Position numbers and translations under genes: made by a program. A DNA stretch of 63,034 nucleotides, the filler included, from Diploschistes diacapsis (lineage: Eukaryota), in the NCBI GenBank assembly GCA_023645945.1. It is 11 parts of 11 records of this genome, joined end to end, with 100 filler letters (N's around TTAATTAATTAA, not from the genome) between each part and the next. Parts side by side here need not be neighbours in the genome. Positions count along the whole stretch, not along the records: positions 26,259 to 29,865 come from JALAIB010001881.1; positions 29,966 to 33,566 come from JALAIB010001882.1; positions 33,667 to 37,260 come from JALAIB010001883.1; 8 more parts are not named here. One strand, given 5' to 3'. This document shows positions 26,159-36,656 of the stretch, one piece after another (positions within the stretch are counted from its first letter, which is position 1; every line of letters begins with the position of its first letter). Below the pieces are notes generated by a model. The model made no database searches. It had not been told where the DNA came from and saw nothing but the letters and a program-made list of their open reading frames with translations.

Positions 26159-26258
26159 NNNNNNNNNNNNNNNNNNNNNNNNNNNNNNNNNNNNNNNNNN
26201 NNTTAATTAATTAANNNNNNNNNNNNNNNNNNNNNNNNNNNNNNNNNNNNNNNNNNNN
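26159..26258. other. Artificial contig linker (N44-TTAATTAATTAA-N44); identical linkers at 29866, 33567, 37261, 40952, 44642, 48332, 52020, 55702 and 59374
   Basis: Ten identical 100-nt blocks whose central 12-mer places stop codons in all six frames. Confidence 0.98.
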
Positions 26259-26309
26259 AGTGAAAGGAGGGCAGGGTGAGAGAATGGGGATGGGGAAGGA
26301 GGGCGCTTA

Positions 26310-26906
26310 CGGAGGAGCCATGCGCTGGCCGTTAAAGACGAGCTTGCCAAGCTCGAAGCCGACTTTGGAGTAGTAGATTATTGGTGGTATGGCGGCTGCA
26401 AGGTGGTGTCAGTAAGGCTTCTAATGATATGATGGTCAAGTCCAGATATATCTAGCAAATTTGTAGGGACTGCAAGACCATGCATATCTAGCTATGAGGT
26501 AGGCAGTGGAAGCCGATATAGTGCAAAGCGCTGCGTCAGGTATTGGCTTCGAGCATATCCCCCGTAGCCATGGCCAACAAGGTAATTGCGATCACCATCA
26601 CTCACATTCAACAGCCCCAACCATCCTTCCAATTGGGCCTCCCAACCCTCTCACGGCGGTCACCACGCGGTTGCCCGCGTTTGATACGCCAGCCATCGCA
26701 GGTCCACCAGAGGACTTGACCTTCGTCAGCCCCTCTGAGGCTTTCGACTGTATGTTGCTAGCCGTCTCTTTTGTCTTGGCCGCAGCTTGCGAGGCCCCCT
26801 CACTCGCCTTCTCCGTCGTCGAGGCCCATCGGAAACGGGTTCTTCGCGCGAGGATGTTGCGGTTGGTTTGACGTAGCAGCGTCCGAGACGCTATCGAGAC
26901 AGACAT
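26310..26906 (-). CDS. ATP20: Mitochondrial ATP synthase subunit g, 5' part (3' exons lost at contig edge)
   Basis: Arg/Ser-rich presequence, ASTTEKASE..SKASEGLTKVKSS..GGPIGRMVGAVE, intron, then IPPIIYYSKVGFELGKLVFNGQRMAPP (26310-26395) followed by a GTAAG donor. Confidence 0.88.
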
Positions 26907-27373
26907 TGCGAGCTTGGAGATACCTGCGAACTCCCTCTAGTCGTAGAGATGTGGATGGGGATGTGAAGCGTGGAAAGAAGTGATGATGGTGGTCTTCGTT
27001 AAGCTCTACGGAGGTTGAGGAAATTTACGGAGCGGGCGCTGTTGATTGGCTGAAGCTCTCCTTTCATCGCTCAGCCCTACGAGTCATGCCCGATCGCTCT
27101 ATTAATGGCAGACTGCAATGTGGCGTATGCGACAGCACAAGACACCATCTTCAGCTGCTTTAGGATCCTGCGTATGCACTCTAATAGCCATGTTTGACTT
27201 TGGATATCATTTGTCTAGGTCCTTCTCGTCTACTGTAGACGCAAAGGGCGTTAGATTTCGTTACCGCATCGCTTGAATTGCCAGCATTGCTGGTGGACAA
27301 TGAGTGCTGCATGCTTTCAGAGCTTGATTGATTTCTCTAGGTTTGTGGACTGGTTCTGGGAACATATAGCACG

Positions 27374-29865
27374 ATGCCAGGTAGGTTTACGTTTATTATA
27401 AAGCTTCATTATCATTCATTCTCCTGTGCTAAGTATTCCCAGCCTTTAGAGTATCATTGGCTGCAACCGCAAGGAGTCGACTCGATCGTCTTCGAGGACA
27501 TCTGCCACCACCCAACTTCATCGTTCTCCACTATGCCTACTTCATCGGCACTTGCCTCATCGCAGCCATCGTATTCTGGGGCGCATCGACTCCTGCGCGG
27601 AGCATCAGCTTCACGGACTCACTCTTCCTCGCCGTTTCCGCAATGACCGAAGCCGGTCTTAACACCGTCAACCTATCTCAGTTGAACACCTTCCAACAAT
27701 TTATCCTCTTCCTCATGATTATGCTCGGATCTAGCGTGCTAGTGTCCTCGGCTACCGTGATAGTCCGCAAGCGCGCATTCGAAAAAAGATTTACGAATAT
27801 AGTGGAGGACCAACGGGAGAAGAGATTGGCGCGCAGCGGGACCGGCGGCCTGTCGTTCGTGCGGAGCTTCGCAAGGTGGCAGCAGGCGACCCAGCCAAGA
27901 GACGAACCTAGTGTCGACGGAGTAGTCAGGAGGGGCAAGGCTCTCCAAGGATCGGGCCAGATAGCGCAAGTTCTCTCGCCATCTTACAATCCCGGAGACC
28001 ATCCTCGACCCGAGGTGGAGCGGGAAGGCGATTCTCCAGCGGCCATGGTAAAAGACGAGGAGGATGTAGATCAATTCTCCGGATCACGTCCATCCGCCGA
28101 ACATATGAACGGTGACATTGGAGGGGCTTCAGTACGTTTGCGTGGCGGCAACGGCCATCAAGGCAGTGGCGGAAGCCCCGTCAGTCCACGGCCCTTCACC
28201 ATCCGATTCGCCGAGAATGAGTCGCTGGCGCGCAGACGGCATTCGCGAGTACTGTCCATGTCGGGAGTCGGTGCGCGGCCTGATCTCCGCAACCACCCCA
28301 AAGACGCTCAAGAGCAAGACAACGGTCTGCAATCGGCCCGTCCGATCGCTGATGCGGGAGACCACCGCCGGGGTACGGCAAAACACTACTTGACTGGAGG
28401 CTTCATTGGGCGTAATTCTCAATTCTATTCTCTGTCGCCCGCCGAAAGAGAAAGGCTAGGAGGAGTGGAATACCGTGCACTCGAATTATTAGAAGTGATC
28501 GTCCCTTTGTATTTTGTCACGTGGCAACTTCTTGGTTGCATTGGATGTGCAGCTTGGGTAGCAATGAATGCAGCAGAAACTGCACTGCAGAACGGGCTGA
28601 ATCCATGGTGCATACTGCAACACCCTTCCTAATGCAAGCGGTTGATTGTCTACAGGTGGGTTGGAGCCTTCAACGCCGTCTCTGCGTTCAACAACTCGGG
28701 CATGAGTCTGCTCGATGCAAACATGGTAGGAAATATCAACCCTAACCTCCTGGCTATGCTGAACGGTTTCTCAAGGTTGCTTTTCAAACTTCCTACTACA
28801 TGCTCATTACAATGGGCCTTATGATTCTCGCCGGAAACACATGGTAACAAAACTTCCAAAGCATACCGGAGCGTTTCTTACTATCGCAGTTACCCAATCT
28901 TCCTCCGCCTGATAATCTGGACCCTCTGGCGCATTCTGCCTGATAACGAACACTTTCACGAAACCCGGGTCGCCGTGCGCTTCCTCCTCGACCATCCGCG
29001 CCGCTGCTACACCACCCTCTTCCCTTCGTACCATACATGGTTCCTCGTTGGCGCCGTCATTGCACTCAATGGCATCGACTGGTTCGCGTTCGAAGTGTTG
29101 AACATTGGCAACGTCTATACCGCGACCCTCCCCACCAACACGCGGGTCATCGACGGTCTGTTCCAAGCGCTCGCCGTACGCTCTGGGGGATTCTATGTTG
29201 TTCCCATTGCCAACCTGGCTATCGGGCTGCAGGTACTGTATGTGCTGATGATGTACATCTCCGTCTACCCCATTACGATCTCCATGCGGCATTCCAACGT
29301 CTACGAGGAACGGTCCCTGGGCATCTACGCCGATGAATCAGATAGCGCGCAGCCTTCGGATCAGCCCGATCCTTCAAGCCTGCACCAACCAACTACCCCA
29401 GCAACCGTCGCGGAGGAAACGAAAACCGTCGTCGGCACGCTGAAAAGACATCTCACCAACCAGACGCTCTACAAGGAAACCGGCTCTCCCTCCCGCTCCT
29501 ACTTCATCCGCCAACAACTCCGCTCGCAGCTCGCGCACGACCTGTGGTGGATCTGCCTCGCCGTCCTCTTCATCACCATTGTCGAAGGCTCCTCCTTCGC
29601 CGCGGACCCGGTCTCCTACTCGGTCTTCAACATCGTCTTTGAGGTAGTATCGGCGTACGGCACCGTGGGGATATCGGTGGGTCTGCCGAACGTGGCGTAC
29701 TCGTTCTGTGGAGGCTGGCACGTGCTGAGCAAGTTGATTCTGTGTGCGGTCATGTTGCGGGGGAGGCACAGGGGGTTGCCGGTCGCGATTGACAGGGCGG
29801 TGTTGTTGCCCGGGGAGCATTTGGCGAGGGCGGAGGAGGAGGATGCCAGGTTGAGGGGGGAGAAG
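27374..29865 (+). CDS. Trk-family (TrkH-like) potassium/cation transporter, spliced, extreme 3' end cut
   Basis: NFIVLHYAYFI, SFTDSLFLAVSAMTEAGLNTVNL, IGRNSQFYSL..ERLGGVEYRAL, SAFNNSGMSLLD, LDHPRRCYT, FQALAVRSGGF, FEVVSAYGTVGISVG, RGRHRGLPVAIDRAVLLP. Confidence 0.93.
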
Positions 29866-30155
29866 NNNNNNNNNNNNNNNNNNNNNNNNNNNNNNNNNNN
29901 NNNNNNNNNTTAATTAATTAANNNNNNNNNNNNNNNNNNNNNNNNNNNNNNNNNNNNNNNNNNNNATAAACGCTCTTAAAGTTCTTTATAAAGCTTTAAA
30001 TTTCCGATTTGGCACATTGCTGGGGAAGATGTTTGGGTACAAAGTTGATCGATTTTGGTGAGATATGGGGGGGACCTAACTACTTTTGGCACCTGACTGT
30101 ATATAGCGAAACCACACCTGCACTATACCATGTGCTACGTACTGCGTACGATGTA

Positions 30156-30916
30156 TCAAAGACCTTCGCTGCCTGATACCATCCCATACTTCCTCCCTAC
30201 GGTGGTAAGCAGTCTGGCATAAGTCACCTCTGTCTCACTGCTCGATTCGACCTAATTCTGTCAGAAGGTTTCCGGTACACGGGAGATGTGTTTGCAAACC
30301 ACTTCTAATGTTCCTGCCACTTGATAAAAGTGTAGAATATCTGGATTCTCCCTCTCGAATTCCTCGAATCGCTTTGCAAACATCTTTTCGTCATCAAGAA
30401 GTCTACCTGGTAACTTGCGGCTTAAGTAACGCTGCCGAGCCTTCTCTTGGGGGCATTGGAAGAAGATGACAAGAGTAGGAGTCCCAACCTGCAGCATCTT
30501 AGGCTGCTGAGCTGAGTTGACTTGGAGAGGATCGAACCTGCTCTTGAAACTCGATCCCTTGCGCCAACTGTCTGGGAAATCCGTCAATCAGAAAGTGGTG
30601 ATGGCCTTTCTCCTTCTCCTCCTCTACTTTTTTGGACAATATCGGTAGTATGACTGGCGTGGGCAACAAATTTCCTTCCCGTAAATAGTCCTGTATGATT
30701 GCTTGATCGTCGAACCTCGAACTCTGGCTCAATTCTCTCATGTAGTCACCAACAGAGAGGTGGAAAAATCCATAGTCCTGTGAAAGCTTGTGGCAGATTG
30801 TTCCTTTCCCTGACCCAGGCGCCCCTACCGCTTCGTTAAGGCCAGCTCCCTTAGCATTGTCATCAGCACCTACCAAGAACAAACACAATGGAGGATGCAC
30901 TACTTGAACTAGCCAT
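30156..30916 (-). CDS. UMP-CMP kinase / adenylate-kinase-family nucleoside monophosphate kinase (divergent paralogue), 4 exons, 204 aa
   Basis: Exons 30916-30874, 30824-30538, 30488-30300 and 30251-30156, with three 48-49-nt GT..AG introns, splice in frame. Motifs IVFVLGAPGSGKGT (P-loop), FFHLSVGDYMR, FLIDGFPR, and a short LID region GRLLDDEKMFAKRF. Confidence 0.92.
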
Positions 30917-31237
30917 CTCAGTTTGTCAAATGATCATCGCAATTTGTCGCTAGCAACCCCAGGAAGAAGCGTCGAGCAGTTTGGCACATGAATACTGTAA
31001 ACGAGCGGGGAATTTTGTTCAATGCATTAACCCCTCGTTTGCTTTTTGGGCATGCATGCCTCGTTTCTTAACGGGAAGCTGTGGCAGATTGCTCGCATAC
31101 GACCTTCATTGTTCACTGTGGCAAGCTTCTACCTTCTAGAGACTCTGTATAGGTGCGGCCGGCGCTATCCTATCCTTATTCAACTTCTTTGCCCAGACGT
31201 TCTTAAGCCAGCAAACTGGGTTCAGCCTGCAATCAAT

Positions 31238-32248
31238 ATGGTCCTTGCACATTATCTGGCAGGAACGGCAGCAGTTTTGATTACTCTAGTAATTGCGATT
31301 GGCCTCGTGTTGACAAGTCGATGCCTTCTTCGTCGGGCTTCTGCTAGGCCCAGGTCGAATATTCCTGTATCGGTCAACTATCATTTCACACGCCAATGTA
31401 ACAAAACCTGTGGATTCTGCTTCCACACCGCAACGACCTCGTTTAAGCTACCAGCAGCCAGTGCAAAACGTGGCCTGGCTTTGCTTAAAGCTGCCGGTAT
31501 GAGGAAGATCAACTTTGCGGGCGGCGAACCCTTCCTCTACAAGCCGCTTCTGGGAACCCTAGTCGCCTTTTGCAAAGACCAACTAGGCCTCGAGTCTGTC
31601 TCAATCGTCACAAATGGCAGCCTTGTCGATGAAAGATTTTTGAGGCAGCATGGCAAACACATCGACATCTTAGCCGTTTCTTGTGATTCCTTCAACGAGC
31701 AGACAAACATCGACATCGGAAGAGGCAGTGGAGACCAGATCAAGAAATTGTTTCAGGTAGCAGAGTGGTGTAAGGAGTTCGGAATCAAGTTCAAACTCAA
31801 CACAGTCGTATGTCGCCTTAACCACGCGGAAGATATGAATGGGATCATTGAGCAGCTTCGACCATTTCGGTGGAAATGCTTTCAAGTTCTCCTCGTCGCT
31901 GGAGAGAACGACTCGGACAAGACCCTTCGGAATGTCCGCAAATTCCAGATTACAGATGATGAATACCGAGGATTCTGTCTACGGCACCAGCACCAGCCGT
32001 GTTTTGTTCCGGAACCGAACAATCTCATGGCAAAATCTTATCTGATTCTAGATGAATATATGCGATTCTTGGATAGGGATGGACGGAGGCCTTCCTCGTC
32101 GGTATTAGAGGTTGGTGTGTCCGCAGCGCTCGCCCAAGTCTACTGGGACCAGGACAGTTTTATAGAAAGAGGCGGTATCTATGACTGGAGCAAAGTCCCG
32201 GTCAGCACTGCATGTGCAACCAACGACGACAAGAGATTGCAATGGTGA
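31238..32248 (+). CDS. RSAD2: Viperin (RSAD2-like radical SAM antiviral ddhNTP synthase), intronless, 336 aa
   Basis: ATG at 31238 starts a hydrophobic N-terminal helix. SVNYHFTRQCNKTCGFCFHTA (CxxxCxxC at 31397-31420), KINFAGGEPFL, SIVTNGSL, DILAVSCDSF, FKLNTVV, RWKCFQVL, EPNNLMAKSYLILDEYMRFLD, RGGIYDW and a terminal Trp (LQW). Confidence 0.96.
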   Translation: MVLAHYLAGTAAVLITLVIAIGLVLTSRCLLRRASARPRSNIPVSVNYHFTRQCNKTCGFCFHTATTSFKLPAASAKRGLALLKAAGMRKINFAGGEPFLYKPLLGTLVAFCKDQLGLESVSIVTNGSLVDERFLRQHGKHIDILAVSCDSFNEQTNIDIGRGSGDQIKKLFQVAEWCKEFGIKFKLNTVVCRLNHAEDMNGIIEQLRPFRWKCFQVLLVAGENDSDKTLRNVRKFQITDDEYRGFCLRHQHQPCFVPEPNNLMAKSYLILDEYMRFLDRDGRRPSSSVLEVGVSAALAQVYWDQDSFIERGGIYDWSKVPVSTACATNDDKRLQW

Positions 32249-33666
32249 GATTGTACGATCGTTATGGGAATGATTCTGTTACACTGTACACGGAGATGGA
32301 GTTCGGAAGGATTAGGAACCGGGTGAAAAACAATCGAGCTCAAGGAGGATGCAGTCACGATAAGAACATAGTATGAATACCAAGCTATGAGTTACTCGTG
32401 GCTCGCATAGAAGAAGTTCTTTTCCATATCGAGTTGACTATATATGTACTGGTACGCAGTCGGTATCGACACATGGGGCTCGGACCTATCTGCCATCATT
32501 CCCGCCGTTCTGCATACAGCCAGCATGAAAGATTTTCAGCTGCTGCACTTTGCCCAGGCCTCCTTCCGTTGTTTATTTTCCATGCTTCAACTGGCGGCGA
32601 CCTTATGTTCAGGGGTTTTTGTATTTTTGATGAGACGAATGTCGTTCTTGGACGATGACGATTTGGCGCCATAGCCTCGAACTATGCATTCTGTTCCATC
32701 TGCGGCTTTAAAAGCATTTCGATAACAAACATCTCTCCTCGCTTCCAGAACCGAGACACGCGCAAGGCCAGCTTTCAGCATCTTGTAGAGTTGCCGATTT
32801 GCATCCTCGTCGGACACACGCGTCGTGTCATTCGACTCAGGAGTGTGTTAACTGTAGAGGTGGAGTGGGGCTACGTATCCCATACGAATACCTTCTCACT
32901 CCAAGTTATCTTACAGTCCATCCACCCGAAGGACAATAACAAGTGCGCGTATAGAGTTTCTAGGTGCCACGAAGAATTTCACATGGTGTGAAGTATTTAA
33001 CAGTGTAAGAATGGGAGGATCGAACAGGGAACACACCAGATGGGCGGAAGACGGGATCTTCTCTCATGCCATCAAGACTCGATATTTACCGATTGCTCTG
33101 TGCGTCTGCATGCAGTCCCCGGCATCAGTATGTACCATAGGCTAGCAACTGACCATATGCAATCCAGCTAGTCAAGCAGGTTAACTATGGGCCCCTTGAA
33201 TCCAAGCGATACTTCGCCCCCCTAATAACGTCTTTCACCACAAAACGGGTTACACCACAAAGCGGGTTACTCATTAATATCTTGTGTCTGGTGACACATG
33301 ATGTCACCCTCCAAGTTCCTAAGCGAAGTAAAAATTTTTAAATGAATTAAACTTAAAAACTGGGTAAGTTTATTGGGGGGTGCACCCCCAAGCCCCTGCC
33401 TTTTTTTATTATTGGGGATTGCATCCCCAAACACCTGCTTCATAATTGAAGCTTAAAAAATTCGCTAAATTATTACCCGTTACACCCCCAAATTCCTGCT
33501 TTTTAAATTTATTATTTTAAAGTTTAAAAATAATAAATATGAAAAATATTTGGCAACGTAATAGATNNNNNNNNNNNNNNNNNNNNNNNNNNNNNNNNNN
33601 NNNNNNNNNNTTAATTAATTAANNNNNNNNNNNNNNNNNNNNNNNNNNNNNNNNNNNNNNNNNNNN

Positions 33667-34221
33667 ACCCTGCTCCCCCCGATCCCAAACCTCCAACCCC
33701 CCCAAACACACCAAATCCGTAATCCGCAATAGCGTAAGCAGCCTCTGACTCAAACTCTGCGCCTGCGTACTCGGCGCCTGGCCCGGCAAAAACGCCGGGC
33801 TGCAACCCGTCGAGAGCTCGATATTCGGCACCAGAAGGCTCAGGTCGCCAATGATGTCCCCGTCCCTCCTGCTTCTTTCAGCTTCACCGTGGTTGCTGTT
33901 GTTGTTATAGAGTTTTGAGGATGCAAGCGAGACGTCGCTGGCTTTCAGGATCTCGCCCCGCACGCCACATACGACCGCCGTGTCGCCGAGCCGGACGACG
34001 GCGGAGCCGTGCGCGTGGGTTAGCGAGTTGGTATGTAGGGTTGGCGGGCGCGATTCGATGGGTGTGCGGCCCGAGGGGCGGGAGTTGGGGAGGTGTGCGG
34101 CGAGGAAGGAGGATGGGAGGAGCTTGGCGTAGGTTTTGGGGGGAAGGGAGAGGGATGGGGAGGAGGAGGAGGAGAAGGGCTGCGCTGTGGTTGTGGAAGG
34201 GGGGGCTGCTTGGAGTGTCAT
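33667..34221 (-). CDS. RRP43: Exosome complex RNase PH-like subunit Rrp43, 5' part
   Basis: YAKLLPSSFLAAHL..RPSGR..LHTNSLTHAHGSAVVRLGDTAVVCGVRGEIL..LLVPNIELSTGCSPAFLPGQAPSTQAQSLSQRL. Truncated at the contig edge. Confidence 0.85.
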
Positions 34222-35033
34222 GGTTGTTTGTGGTTTTGCTTTTAGGTCTAGGTAGTTTTCTGGCACGTCAGGCGAGGTGGGTTATTGGCGTTGTTCCCAA
34301 ACACACTGAGCGTTGCTACAAAGGTGGCACAAGAGAGAACATTGTTATAATTGCGGAAACTTGCAAGCTACGGGCGCCCAAGTCGAGCTTCATGCTTGGC
34401 AGAGCCCTTATCGATAAGCCCTACGCTTGGTTGACTTGTAGTCGCGGAATTTTCCGCCATGAAATATTTTTCTGTCCTCGTGAAAAAATGAAATGTACCT
34501 TCTATACAATGACATGCCTGTGCTTCTCGGCAAAAGGGCAATTGCTACTATTCCGATGAATAAATTCATCCTCGACGCTATCTTATGCGAATAGCCACTC
34601 ATTCTTGACCTTGGGGCAGCTTCAACGAAACGGACTTTCGCTTCGAAGCTTCTTCGAACAATTGGGTTGATGGAATCTGTCGCCATCGATGACTGATGGC
34701 GGGAACGAGTTATCAGCACATAGTTTGAAGCTACATGTGCCTTAGGGTTTTGATGTTTCATGATACACAAACTCCATCAGATCCAAAGAAACCCGGAGCA
34801 GATCGTACTTCGCGCTCTTTATGGGGCTTCTACACCGTATGGGAAGAAAAGCATTCTTCCGCCCGCATTCCGTCAGCAACCGGCATTATTTGAATTGTTT
34901 ATTAAGCAGCTTAACGTAATGCATGGGACAATAGGTGGGTTTTCGTCCGATCACACTTCTGACATGGCTATTCTTCTTTTTCTTTGCTTTGCATAGGAAT
35001 GTACATTATGTTATTCGCCCACATTGCTGTTCA

Positions 35034-36656
35034 ATGTCTCCTAAAGGAAACCTAGTGAAAAATATTGATGTGGTCATTATTGGCAATGGTCCGTCGGCTC
35101 TGCTTCTCTCATATATACTGCATGGCAACTACCCCTTCTACGATACCTTGGTTAATCACCATCCTGACCGCATTCTTGACTCGAAAATAAAGAGCAATCT
35201 ATTGGAAGCCGTTGACGATCTCCACGATCTGACCGCGCATTTCCCGAGCGCGAGATTCTCTTATTCTTCTGCGGCTCTGCCGATAAATGTTTTGCTGGAT
35301 ACCCTTTTGCGTCCGCTGGACGATACGGAACCTGGGAAGTACAAGTCGTGTGTAAAGTGGGAAAAGGGAGCAAACAGGAGCGTGCCGCATTTGTTATTAG
35401 GCTCCACCCTTCCAGGAGGGCAATGGGCGAGCAACCCTGTCAAGGCAAGCTGGGACATTGGTGCCCTGAGCTACCTAGACCAGCTTTCACTTCCAGGATA
35501 CTCCTTGCGTGAGCATCTGAGCGCTCGATATGATGCTACTGAGTCAGATTTTGTAAGACCAACCAAAGCAGAGGTTGCGGATTACCTAGCGGCCTACCCT
35601 ACGAAAGTGGGCATCGAGGATGCAATCTTTTCGCCGACTGTAGTCTCAGATATTGTCAGAACAAAAGATGGATTCTACATTGAATCACACTCCATAGCTT
35701 GCAAGCAGCTTGTTCTTGCCTCGGGTCTCTTCGCTAACCTTCTTCCCGCGAGGCCGCAGTTACAGCCTTTGTTGCAACTTCCGGAAAACGATTCATTCGA
35801 GCCGCCTCTGTTGGTTGTCGGATCGGGGTTTTCAGCGGCCGACATCCTCATTACCAATCTGCCAAAACGGAAAGTGATTCACGTCTTTAAATGGGATCCC
35901 GAGACTCGACCATCACCTTTACGAGCGTGTCACAAGCAGGCGTATCCAGAATATGCGAGAGTATACAGGCAGATGAAGCTCGCTGCCTCCTTGAAGATCG
36001 AAGAATCGGAGAATATGGCAGCTTTGGCTAGACAAAAGTCGAATACTCTCAAGAACACTAAGGCAGACCCAAATTATGAGGGGTTTCCTAATACCTATAT
36101 CGCACAAGCTAATGCGCTGAACGGTGTTGGCGCTGTTGAGCTATGTCTTCCCAACGGGGAGCTCACCAAGCGAGCCGTGTCAAATTTGGAATACGTGATA
36201 GGCAGACGAGGCTCGCTGTCGTATCTCGATTCTCATCTTTTGGAGGAAGTGGTAGGCACACAATTGTCAGCTGAAGAAGCCGAGAGGATATCTGGTAGGA
36301 CGCTAAGAAGTAAAGTCGAGGAAGATCTTGAGGTTGCACCAGGTGTTCTTGTTATTGGCAGTTTGACAGGTGACTCTCTGATACGGCATGCATACGGAAG
36401 CTGCGTGTACGCTGCGAGGAAGATCTTGTCTGCCTATGAAGTTGGTACTGCGGATAGCAGGGGCTCCATTAAATATCAGGAGACCAGCGAGCAGTGCAAC
36501 GGCAGCATTCCCGATGGCTTACTGCATAATCACACAATCAAAGACAATAAAGACGAGGCTGAAATGTTGCGGAAAGATATTGAGACGGAGACAGCTGAGC
36601 CCAATAGACGCAGAAAGCGTGACCAACGGAAAGCTGGTGGTTGTGTTGTCATCTAG
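35034..36656 (+). CDS. FAD/NAD(P)-dependent oxidoreductase, OSGIN/OKL38-like, with C-terminal CaaX (CVVI)
   Basis: Long uninterrupted ORF. DVVIIGNGPSALLLSYILHG, PINVLLDTLLRP, PGGQW, LSLPGY, VADYLAAYP, LVLASG, LVVGSGFSAAD, IGSLTGDSLIRHAYG. ATG at 35034 chosen. Confidence 0.82.
   Translation: MSPKGNLVKNIDVVIIGNGPSALLLSYILHGNYPFYDTLVNHHPDRILDSKIKSNLLEAVDDLHDLTAHFPSARFSYSSAALPINVLLDTLLRPLDDTEPGKYKSCVKWEKGANRSVPHLLLGSTLPGGQWASNPVKASWDIGALSYLDQLSLPGYSLREHLSARYDATESDFVRPTKAEVADYLAAYPTKVGIEDAIFSPTVVSDIVRTKDGFYIESHSIACKQLVLASGLFANLLPARPQLQPLLQLPENDSFEPPLLVVGSGFSAADILITNLPKRKVIHVFKWDPETRPSPLRACHKQAYPEYARVYRQMKLAASLKIEESENMAALARQKSNTLKNTKADPNYEGFPNTYIAQANALNGVGAVELCLPNGELTKRAVSNLEYVIGRRGSLSYLDSHLLEEVVGTQLSAEEAERISGRTLRSKVEEDLEVAPGVLVIGSLTGDSLIRHAYGSCVYAARKILSAYEVGTADSRGSIKYQETSEQCNGSIPDGLLHNHTIKDNKDEAEMLRKDIETETAEPNRRRKRDQRKAGGCVVI

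Noticed and set aside
26203..26214. TTAATTAATTAA motif recurring about every 3.7 kb
   Set aside because: It is always centred in exactly 88 Ns. It is a synthetic six-frame-stop linker, not a biological repeat.
31046..31237. 64-aa N-terminal extension of viperin in the ORF track
   Set aside because: It starts at TTG and does not resemble viperin. ATG 31238 directly precedes the expected hydrophobic N-terminal helix.
32390..33070. Possible third gene of the viperin module (minus-strand ORF 32587-32817)
   Set aside because: Short, with no ATG-led model, flanked by stops and without a recognisable motif. It could be a decayed gene but cannot be supported.
33230..33500. Short direct repeats and GGGGGTGCACCCCC palindromes downstream of viperin
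   Set aside because: Probably the end of an AT-rich repeat element cut by the contig edge. Too little sequence to classify or to link to viperin regulation.
27374..36656. TRK transporter, RRP43 or OSGIN-like gene as part of the viperin locus
   Set aside because: They lie on different contigs separated by artificial linkers.
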